This document shows, piece by piece, positions 45,099 through 52,680 of a stretch of 64,000 bases of DNA. The position numbers and the translations under genes were made by a program. The stretch is from Bacteroidota bacterium (lineage in GTDB: Bacteria > Bacteroidota > Bacteroidia > UKL13-3), in NCBI GenBank assembly GCA_037141455.1, contig JBAXCN010000001.1:27825-91824 (forward strand), written 5' to 3'. Position 1 is the stretch's first letter. Every line of letters begins with the position of its first letter. Under the pieces are notes generated by a model that was not told where the DNA came from, did not search any database, and saw nothing but the letters and a program-made list of their open reading frames with translations.

Positions 45099-47630
45099 TT
45101 ATTTCCTCTTTTCTAAACTCAAAATATTGGCGAATAACCTATATGCACCAGGCACTCCCGCAGGTAATTGCCTAAAGAAAGCCAAGCCTGTGTACACATA
45201 ATTTCCTTTGCCATATTTAGCTATAATTAAACTGCCTTTATTGGGTTTTTCTTTAGGGTCGTTCATGGCTAAAGGGCATTGGAAACTGCTATCTATATCG
45301 GCTGCAAAGTATATTCCTCGCTCTTGAATCCATCCTTCAAAATCGGTATTGGTAATTTTATTGGGAAAGTTTAAAACAGGATGTTCTGGCAATAAAAACG
45401 TAACAGGCGCTTCTTCAATGGTAACTCTATCGCGGCTTAGTTTAAATGGCACTGGTGATATTTGATCTTTCAATGGTCCAGCAAAACTGTTGGTATTGTA
45501 CTGAACAATTAAGTTTCCGCCATCTTTTACATAATCAAACACACGTTGTTTGTATTGTTGTAATTTTTCGTTGGTGTTAAATGCACGCACACCTAACACT
45601 ATAGCAGGGAATTCATTTAAGTTTCCATTTTGCAATTGTTCATCGGTAATGATTATCACTTTATAACCCATTTGCTCTAGGCTTGCTGGCACTTCATCGC
45701 CCGCACCTTGAATGTAACCAACGGTGTTAAAAGTTTTCTTTACATCTACTTTTACTAATTTGGCTTCAGCCTCTGGAAACCAAGTTTGCACAGGAATATG
45801 GTCGTACTTAATTTCTTTGATGCCTTTGGTGTATTCGATGCCATCTGACTCGGCTATGAAGTTGATGGTTGACTCTTCTCTTGAACGCTTCTCGACTTCG
45901 CTCGAAGTGACATTGGAAGTGACAGATGATTTTATAGAAAATGTTACAATTTGTTCATCGCCTTTTTTGGGTAAATTGATGTTTGCAAATGCTGGTTCAA
46001 TGCTCCAGCCTTGAGGTAAGTTTGCTCTTACTTTAGTTTGAATATTATCTTTTCCAGCTTTAACAATTACCTTGATTTCTTTTGGTTTTTCATCGGTAAA
46101 TATAAAACTTTTTTGTGTTAAGTTAAGCATTACTGGTGGCGTAATTACCAACGGACGGTACAATTCACCTTTTTCAGGATCTACCCATTTGTAAATTGGA
46201 GTTGTAAATTGACTATAGTTAAAGCCATTAATTGAAAAAGAAAAACTTTGGTAAGCGACATCAACATAAGTAAGTTTATTTTCATCAAAAGGATAAAGCT
46301 TTTTGTATTCGAATGAAAACATGTTTCTCTTTTTAATTAACTCACCTGAATTATATTCAACAAATGGCTTATTAAAAAAATATTTTTCCTTGTATGTAAA
46401 TATTTTATCTTTAGATAACAAAGAGTCTATTTTTTTTTCGAATGATAAAGCAGAACTAGAAACTCTATTTAGTATGATCTTTTTAGAATTTAAGCGATTT
46501 ATTATTTGAGATGTTAATGAAATAGTATCTTTATTGGATATTTGAAAAACATCTGAAGTTTGTTCAGTCCAAAGTCCAGATATATTTTTAATTATTTCGT
46601 ATAATTGAATAGTTTTTTCCGTTTCAGTTTGATAATCTAATTCGTAATAAGGTAATGTGTCAATTAATTTAAATGCATTATTTATTGATAATTCAGGATT
46701 TGAAACATTGTAGTTTTTGATTAGATTTTCCAAAGGTTTAATAGGAAATCTTCTTGCTTTGTAACGTTTCCAAGTAAAATCTATTCCTTCAAAAATATCT
46801 TTTAAACCAGAGGTATCTCCTTTTATAGGTTTAAAATACTCAAAGTATTCGCCACGTTGTTTGGCACTTCCAAAGCCTTGGCTTTTGTGCATGCTGCGGC
46901 TTTCGGCTGCTATTTCGCCATAACTTTTACCCAATAAAGGATTGTATCCGCCCACATCTAATTTTATGTAAGGACTCATGTCAGCATTTGGGTTAGCAAA
47001 ACGAGTGCTTACATTCCAAAACATCCTGCGGGTTTTCCAAACCGAAATATATTGTAATTGCTCAGGAAATCGAGTTGGATCGGCTGCTGCATCAAATGCT
47101 TCTTCGGCCAACATAGCCGATGCTGTGTGATGTCCATGTCCGCCACTTCCATCAGTAGCAAAACGAGTAATGATAATATCTGGCCTAAAATTACGGATTA
47201 CCCAAACCATATCACTTAATATAGAATCGTGGCTCCATTTGGTAAAAGTTTCTTCCGGATTTTTACTAAAACCAAAATCGTAAGCACGGGTAAAAAACTG
47301 CTCGCCACCATCAATTCTGCGTGCTGCCAATAATTCTTGCGTGCGAATCATACCTAACTCAATTCCTTGTTCCGAACCAATTAAATTCTGTCCACCATCT
47401 CCACGTGTTAAACTTAAATAGCCAGTACGCAAACATTTTTCATTGGCCAAATAAGTAATTAAACGTGTGTTTTCATCATCTGGATGCGCAGCAATGTATA
47501 GCACCGAACCAACAGTGTTTAACTTTTTTAGTTGTAAAAGTATCTCAGATGAGGTATATGATTTGGGTGCTTGCGCAATTACCAAAACAGTTACACATAT
47601 GAATAGGATGAGTAGGGATATTTTTTTCAT
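45099..47630 (-). CDS. PIG-L/LmbE-family deacetylase with large C-terminal extension (secreted/periplasmic)
   Basis: Signal peptide from ATG 47630. LmbE motif LYIAAHPDDEN and HGHHTASA. About 600 further residues have no motif I can name. The ORF-track N-terminal extension is a translation of a repeat element. Confidence 0.75.
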   Translation of the reverse strand: MKKISLLILFICVTVLVIAQAPKSYTSSEILLQLKKLNTVGSVLYIAAHPDDENTRLITYLANEKCLRTGYLSLTRGDGGQNLIGSEQGIELGMIRTQELLAARRIDGGEQFFTRAYDFGFSKNPEETFTKWSHDSILSDMVWVIRNFRPDIIITRFATDGSGGHGHHTASAMLAEEAFDAAADPTRFPEQLQYISVWKTRRMFWNVSTRFANPNADMSPYIKLDVGGYNPLLGKSYGEIAAESRSMHKSQGFGSAKQRGEYFEYFKPIKGDTSGLKDIFEGIDFTWKRYKARRFPIKPLENLIKNYNVSNPELSINNAFKLIDTLPYYELDYQTETEKTIQLYEIIKNISGLWTEQTSDVFQISNKDTISLTSQIINRLNSKKIILNRVSSSALSFEKKIDSLLSKDKIFTYKEKYFFNKPFVEYNSGELIKKRNMFSFEYKKLYPFDENKLTYVDVAYQSFSFSINGFNYSQFTTPIYKWVDPEKGELYRPLVITPPVMLNLTQKSFIFTDEKPKEIKVIVKAGKDNIQTKVRANLPQGWSIEPAFANINLPKKGDEQIVTFSIKSSVTSNVTSSEVEKRSREESTINFIAESDGIEYTKGIKEIKYDHIPVQTWFPEAEAKLVKVDVKKTFNTVGYIQGAGDEVPASLEQMGYKVIIITDEQLQNGNLNEFPAIVLGVRAFNTNEKLQQYKQRVFDYVKDGGNLIVQYNTNSFAGPLKDQISPVPFKLSRDRVTIEEAPVTFLLPEHPVLNFPNKITNTDFEGWIQERGIYFAADIDSSFQCPLAMNDPKEKPNKGSLIIAKYGKGNYVYTGLAFFRQLPAGVPGAYRLFANILSLEKRK

Positions 47631-47644
47631 TATATTTTTATTTT

Positions 47645-47793
47645 TTAACCGCAAAGTTCGCAAAGGTTTTTCGCGAAGTGCGCTAAGTTTTTTTAACCGC
47701 AAAGTTCACAAAGGTTTTTCGCAAAGTTCACAAAGTTTCTTTTTGTAATTCTTTGCGCTCTTTGTGTTTTTTCTTAGTGCCCTTTGCGGTTAA
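47645..47793. repeat. 149-bp MITE/REP-like element with 12-bp perfect terminal inverted repeats
   Basis: ttaaccgcaaag at 47645-47656 and its reverse complement ctttgcggttaa at 47782-47793. Inside is a 48-nt direct repeat (47645-47692 and 47693-47740). Both arms are built from YRCAAAG words (cgcaaag, cacaaag, cgctaag). Confidence 0.7.
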
Positions 47794-47808
47794 CAAGCAC
47801 GATAAGAA

Positions 47809-47829
47809 TCTGCCAGAAGCCAGTTGCTA
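47809..47829. repeat. Degenerate heptanucleotide array (3 units) sharing GCCAGAAGC with 3556-3590
   Basis: tctgcca gaagcca gttgcta. Overlaps the cysS stop codon (47827-47829). Confidence 0.5.
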
Positions 47830-49293
47830 ATTAATTAAACTATAACTCGTTCCATCTTTGCTATCTTTTATTTCAAAACCAATGTCTTTCAATTTGTTTC
47901 TTATGGCATCGCTGGTAGCAAAATCTTTGTTTAGCTTAGCATGGTTTCTTTGTTCAATAATCATATTCATCAATCCATCAACTTTGCTGGTATCGCTAGA
48001 ATTTTCCTCTTGTAAACCCAATACATCAAACACAATTTCAGTCATTAGTTTTTTCAAACTGGCTTTTTCAGTTTCAGTAATGGTTTCTTTGCCATCGTTG
48101 ATAGAATTAATCATTCTCACCGCTTCAAAAATACTTGCAATGGCTATGGGTGTATTGAAATCATCGTTTAAAGCTGCATAAATTTCTGATTGTACGCTAT
48201 TGATATTTACAGAACTATTTGCACTTGTTTTTAAGCCATCAATCAACTTCATGGCGTTCATTAATCGGGCAAAACCTTTTTCTGCAGCTTGCAATGCTTC
48301 ATTGCTAAAATCTAAGGTGCTGCGATAATGCGCTTGCAACATGAAGAAACGCACCGTCATTGGGCTGTAACCTTTGTCTAACAGTTTATGATTGCCAGAA
48401 AATAACTCGTTTGGCAAAAAAGAATTACCTAAACTTTTACTCATTTTTTGACTGTTAACCGTCAACATATTGGTATGAATCCAGTAACGAGCAGGTTGCG
48501 TTTTATGGCAAGCCAAATTCTGAGCCATTTCGTTGGTATGATGTGTTGGTATTAAATCCATTCCACCACCATGAATATCAAATTCATTTCCCAAATATTT
48601 ACTGCTCATGGCCGAGCATTCTAAATGCCAACCCGGAAATCCAACTCCCCACGGACTTGGCCATTTCATAATATGTTCAGGTTTTGCATTGATCCAAAGT
48701 GCAAAATCTAAGCGACCTCGTTTATCACCTTGCCCATCTAAATCGCGAGTACCATTCAATAAATCATCTAAATTTCTGTTTGATAAAATGGTGTAATTAT
48801 ATTCTTTGGTAAACTTTTCTACATCAAAATAAACAGAGCCATTTACCTCATACCCATAACCATTTTCAATAATCTGTTTGGTCATTTCTATTTGCTCAAT
48901 AATATGGCCAGTAGCGGTAGGCTCAATACTTGGTGGCAAGGTGTTAAACATGCGCATGGTTTCTCTAAAATCAATGGTGTAGCGTTGCACAATTTCCATT
49001 GGTTCTAGCTGTTCTAATTTTGCTTTTTTAGCAATTTTATCTTCGCCTTCATCCGCATCGCTTTCCAAATGTCCAGCATCGGTAATATTGCGCACATAAC
49101 GTACTTTAAAACCCAAATGCAAAAAGTAACGAAATATTACATCAAACGAAATAAAGGTACGTGCATTGCCTAAATGCGCATTGCTATATACAGTTGGTCC
49201 GCATACATACATGCCTATATGGCCTTCGTGAATTGGTTTAAAATCTTCGGTAGTTCGCGTTAACGTATTGTATATTTTTAAAGTAGATTCCAT
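47827..49293 (-). CDS. cysS: Cysteine--tRNA ligase
   Basis: Class I signature HLGNARTF and a literal KMSKS (QKMSKSLGN). ATG 49293 (MESTLKIYNTLTR) is preferred. Confidence 0.9.
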   Translation of the reverse strand: MESTLKIYNTLTRTTEDFKPIHEGHIGMYVCGPTVYSNAHLGNARTFISFDVIFRYFLHLGFKVRYVRNITDAGHLESDADEGEDKIAKKAKLEQLEPMEIVQRYTIDFRETMRMFNTLPPSIEPTATGHIIEQIEMTKQIIENGYGYEVNGSVYFDVEKFTKEYNYTILSNRNLDDLLNGTRDLDGQGDKRGRLDFALWINAKPEHIMKWPSPWGVGFPGWHLECSAMSSKYLGNEFDIHGGGMDLIPTHHTNEMAQNLACHKTQPARYWIHTNMLTVNSQKMSKSLGNSFLPNELFSGNHKLLDKGYSPMTVRFFMLQAHYRSTLDFSNEALQAAEKGFARLMNAMKLIDGLKTSANSSVNINSVQSEIYAALNDDFNTPIAIASIFEAVRMINSINDGKETITETEKASLKKLMTEIVFDVLGLQEENSSDTSKVDGLMNMIIEQRNHAKLNKDFATSDAIRNKLKDIGFEIKDSKDGTSYSLIN

Positions 49294-49470
49294 ATTAAAA
49301 AATGTGTGGCGAATATAGTTGAATAAATTTTGAATTATGGATGTTGAATGATTTGTTGAAAGAAGAGTAGCCACAGATTACACTGAAAACACAGATTTTA
49401 ATATAACCGTAAATTGAAATTGCAAAAAATTAGTTGATGAATACAAATTATTTAGTTGAGCCATAAGCTA

Positions 49471-49557
49471 AATAATAGTTTCCACCAACGAGACGTTGGC
49501 GGAGGCAAGGTTTAGCGTTGCTTCGCACTCGCCAACCTCTGGTTGGTGAGGACTATT
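49471..49557. repeat. REP doublet (REPIN-like): REP hairpin plus inverted copy
   Basis: REP1 is aataatagtttccaccaacgagacgttggcggaggca (49471-49507). The inverted copy at 49528-49557 has reverse complement aatagtcctcaccaaccagaggttggcgag. Confidence 0.7.
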
Positions 49558-49576
49558 AAATTGCCTCTGGCAATGA

Positions 49577-50106
49577 CTAAAAATTTAAAACTTTTAAAGG
49601 ACTATTTTTACTTGCACTGTTAAATAAATAATCACCTTCATTAGCTACAATTCCTACTCTAACTGGATTTAAATGAATATAATTTTCTTTTTGTTTTATT
49701 ACGTCATAACTATATAATTCAATAGGATAATTTGTGTTTTGCCAAAAATGGTTTTTATCAAAAACTCCATTCTGTTTTGCATAAAATTTGAATAAATAAA
49801 GTAACCAATCCTTTCTACTTTCAGTTAGATTATTCTCAATTGCTTTAATAATTTCTTTTGCTGTATAACTTTTAAACCTTCCTAATAATTTTTGTAAATC
49901 ATCATCAACTCTTCTACAAATTAAATGGATTTGGTTGGTCATTATAACATAGCTGTAAATTCCCAAGTTTTCATTTTCTTGACAATATTTTAGTTTTGAA
50001 CAATAATATTTTTATATTCATTTCTAGTAAATATATCAATCCAACCTACAACTGTAAGTGTAATAAAATATAATTTATCGGAAGATGCCTTTCTAAATTC
50101 ACTCAT
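49577..50106 (-). pseudogene. Frameshifted REP-associated tyrosine (Y1, IS200-like) transposase
   Basis: The N-terminal fragment runs from ATG 50106 to TAA 49990 (MSEFRKASSDKLYFITLTVVGWIDIFTRNEYKNIIVQN*). The remainder, in another frame, reads ...LKYCQENENLGIYSYVIMTNQIHLI...ENYIHLNPVRVGIV. There is one frameshift near 49990-50000. The first His of the HUH motif is replaced (NQIHL). REP hairpins flank both sides. Confidence 0.6.
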
Positions 50107-50160
50107 TTTCAAATATGAAAAATTATTTTTTTAATAACAATTTATCTGAGCTGGAGGCTC

Positions 50161-50197
50161 AATAATAGTTTCCAACAACGATACGTTGGCGGAGGCA
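50161..50197. repeat. REP hairpin, third copy
   Basis: aataatagtttccaacaacgatacgttggcggaggca matches 49471-49507 at 35 of 37 positions. Lies upstream of the transposase pseudogene. Confidence 0.75.
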
Positions 50198-50231
50198 TTT
50201 CAAAAGATTTAAGTGAACGCGATAGTATTAA

Positions 50232-50663
50232 TTAAAAATGCACACCCGATTTTTTCTTGTACCTTAAATAATGCACCACTTGGTCAAATTCTAAGGCTGT
50301 TAAGTTGGTTTCGGTTAATTTGTTTTCGTGTGATGGATATTGAATGCGCATTTCGTAATCCATTAACTGTGGTAATGAAAAATCAGGAACTACCTGCACT
50401 CCATTTACTAATTTATTATGGCAATTGGCGCAAACTGTATTGTATATTATTATTCCTTTTTCAAAATCGGTAACAAACTGTTTTTTTTGAGCATCTGTCA
50501 TAGTTGCACTGTCGTATGGTAACTCGTAAAGTTGTTCAGGTGCTAAGGATTTTGCTTGGCTAGCATCGGTTTGAGCAACCTTTGGGCTAGTATTTTTTGT
50601 TGCTTTGCAATTTGAAAATACTATTGCAAAAGCAATGAATGTAATGGTAATTATGGTTTTCAT
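50232..50663 (-). CDS. Mono-haem c-type cytochrome lipoprotein
   Basis: Lipoprotein signal ...VFSNC and a single CANCH haem-binding motif. Lies 5 nt downstream of the di-haem gene. Confidence 0.6.
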   Translation of the reverse strand: MKTIITITFIAFAIVFSNCKATKNTSPKVAQTDASQAKSLAPEQLYELPYDSATMTDAQKKQFVTDFEKGIIIYNTVCANCHNKLVNGVQVVPDFSLPQLMDYEMRIQYPSHENKLTETNLTALEFDQVVHYLRYKKKSGVHF

Positions 50664-50668
50664 TTTAA

Positions 50669-52594
50669 TTAATAAGTTCCTCCAATTTTTCGTTTGTTAA
50701 GTGTTTTGTTATTACTTTTAGGAAGTTTATTAGGGGCTTTTTCAAAAGGTATTTGTTCGTTCAATGAGTTAATAAATGCTATTAAATTTGTTTTTTCAAT
50801 TGCAGTTAAGTGCAACGAATCGGCCGAAAGTGTTTGGTTATTTATGTGTAAACCATTTCCCACTCCTCCGCCTGTATTGTAAAAATCAATTACTTGCTCC
50901 ATGGTATTAAAAACACCATTATGCATATAAGGTTTTGTATTGGCAGCATTTCTTATGGTTCCCGTTCTAAAAGCATTTAAAGTTTCGGTTGCAGGGTTAA
51001 TTTTATAGCGGCCATTGTCTTCACTAATGCCAGTATATTTTAAATCTTTTGGCACACCAATTACCTCAAACTCTGAGCCTACATATGGAGGTTTTACGCC
51101 ATTAAACTGAGGTGCAAAATGGCAAGTTGCACATTCGGCTTTGCCCATAAATGTATTAAATCCTTGTTGCACATTTTCTGTAGCATTTGCTTGTAGGTTC
51201 ATGGCATCATCGAAAGGTGAATTATATTTACTAAATTTACTATAATAAAAAGTAATAGCTGAAACTAAATGTTCCATGGTAATTTCTTTTTCGGTAGGAG
51301 TTTGTTTTAATAATTCGGTAAAAGCAGTTTTGTATTCATTGCAACTAAGTACTTTTTGTAAAACTTCTGCTTCATTGGCACCCATTTCTTTTGGGCTTAT
51401 AATAACTCCTTTGGTTTGGTTTTGTAAATTAATATGCTTTCCATCAAGCATTATTAAATGGTTATAAGTAGCATTAAGTAGGGTAGGTGTGTTGCGTTCC
51501 AAAAAGCCATTAAAATTATATTGCAATGAAGTAGTGGAAACTGTATCGGTAAAAAACTGAGTGGGTTTGTGGCACGATGCACAACTGCGTTCATTATTGC
51601 CCGAAAGTATGGGGTCGTAAAACAATAACTTTCCAAGTTTATCTATTTCGGCCAATACTTTTTCATCGTTTACCCTTAAAAAAATGCCTTTAATGTTTTG
51701 TCCGTTGTAAAGCCCTTTCGAAAAAATAGAAGTTGCTTGTTTATTTAATGAATAGTCAACAAAACTTTTACTATACACTTTATACTTTATAAGTAATTGT
51801 TGGTTAATGGTAAATAGCGGATTTATAAAATTGCGAATAAAGCTGTAATGGTCAAATTGTAAATAATCTTTGGGTTGATTAGCCACAAATTGAATGGTTT
51901 GATTGTATAAATTTAAGTAATTGGTATTTAGACAATAATTAGGAAAACTTTGGTTAAAACTACTGTAAATTTCATTTACATCTTTCATCATGGCCATTAA
52001 TTCAGGAACAATATTTTCCTTTTCGGGGCAATCAAAACCTGTGGTATAAATGGTAGCCAAGTTTAGCAAGTAAAGTCTATTACATAAATAAAAATGATGG
52101 TGTTTTTTAAGTTCATCTGTTATCGAATCGGCTTGATAAGCTTTGGTGGCTTGCAAACTTTGGGTAACTAAACTTAATAAAGTATTTTTATCTAAATGAT
52201 CTTCTTCTAAATATTGCAAAGCAAGCGTATAACCAGCACCTTCTCTTTTATAAGGTTTTTCGTATTTTTCAAAAACTTCTGTTTCCCATTCAACAGGCAA
52301 AGGTCCATTAATTTTTTTATGTGCCAATGGATCTAAATACCTGAACCAAAAATCTAAACCTTTAAAATGAGTTCTTACATTAAATATTTCGTTTTTTATT
52401 TGTTCAATTTTACTAGTTGATGATAGGTCGCTTTCTTTAATTTTAGCAATCAATTCAGTCTCTACTTTTTCAAAACTATTTAGTTTGTTTTTATAGTTTA
52501 AAAAATAGGTATTTTCACTTTCGCTTGGCGCAAATGAAAATGCAATTGATATTACAAAAGCAATAAAAATAAAAAGTAAAATTTTGTTTTTCAT
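50669..52594 (-). CDS. Di-haem cytochrome c peroxidase/MauG-family protein with ~315-aa N-terminal extension
   Basis: CASCH at residues 338-342 (ERSCASCHKPTQFFTD) and CATCH at 488-492 (CATCHFAPQFNG), as in the CCP/MauG family. Residues 1-315 have no haem motif. Confidence 0.75.
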   Translation of the reverse strand: MKNKILLFIFIAFVISIAFSFAPSESENTYFLNYKNKLNSFEKVETELIAKIKESDLSSTSKIEQIKNEIFNVRTHFKGLDFWFRYLDPLAHKKINGPLPVEWETEVFEKYEKPYKREGAGYTLALQYLEEDHLDKNTLLSLVTQSLQATKAYQADSITDELKKHHHFYLCNRLYLLNLATIYTTGFDCPEKENIVPELMAMMKDVNEIYSSFNQSFPNYCLNTNYLNLYNQTIQFVANQPKDYLQFDHYSFIRNFINPLFTINQQLLIKYKVYSKSFVDYSLNKQATSIFSKGLYNGQNIKGIFLRVNDEKVLAEIDKLGKLLFYDPILSGNNERSCASCHKPTQFFTDTVSTTSLQYNFNGFLERNTPTLLNATYNHLIMLDGKHINLQNQTKGVIISPKEMGANEAEVLQKVLSCNEYKTAFTELLKQTPTEKEITMEHLVSAITFYYSKFSKYNSPFDDAMNLQANATENVQQGFNTFMGKAECATCHFAPQFNGVKPPYVGSEFEVIGVPKDLKYTGISEDNGRYKINPATETLNAFRTGTIRNAANTKPYMHNGVFNTMEQVIDFYNTGGGVGNGLHINNQTLSADSLHLTAIEKTNLIAFINSLNEQIPFEKAPNKLPKSNNKTLNKRKIGGTY

Positions 52595-52620
52595 TTAATA
52601 TTAGTTGAAAGTATAAATAC

Positions 52621-52653
52621 AAAAACGGTAGGTATTATTGCTAATACCTACCT
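52621..52653 (-). terminator. Strong hairpin terminator after the giant gene
   Basis: 11-bp perfect stem ggtaggtatta / taatacctacc with loop ttgc, followed on the minus strand by gttttt. Confidence 0.75.
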
Positions 52654-52680
52654 GTTTTGTAATTTATTTTATTGTTTTTT

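Noticed and set aside
47645-47740. 48-nt direct repeats (and the 45-nt repeats at 26722-26901) as a possible CRISPR array
   Set aside because: The repeats are directly abutting with no unique spacers. There are only 2-4 units. One set is in-frame coding sequence. No cas genes are in the window.
47467-47748. 93-aa plus-strand ORF (…FFNRKVRKGFSRSALSFFNRKVHKGF…) and the 24-aa N-terminal extension of the PIG-L ORF (47631-47702)
   Set aside because: Both are translations of the YRCAAAG-word repeat element. The PIG-L protein has a normal signal peptide starting at ATG 47630.
50213-50473. 86-aa plus-strand ORF adjacent to the right-hand REP
   Set aside because: It is almost entirely antisense to the cytochrome c lipoprotein gene, which has a lipoprotein signal and a CxxCH motif. 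The ORF has no motif of its own.
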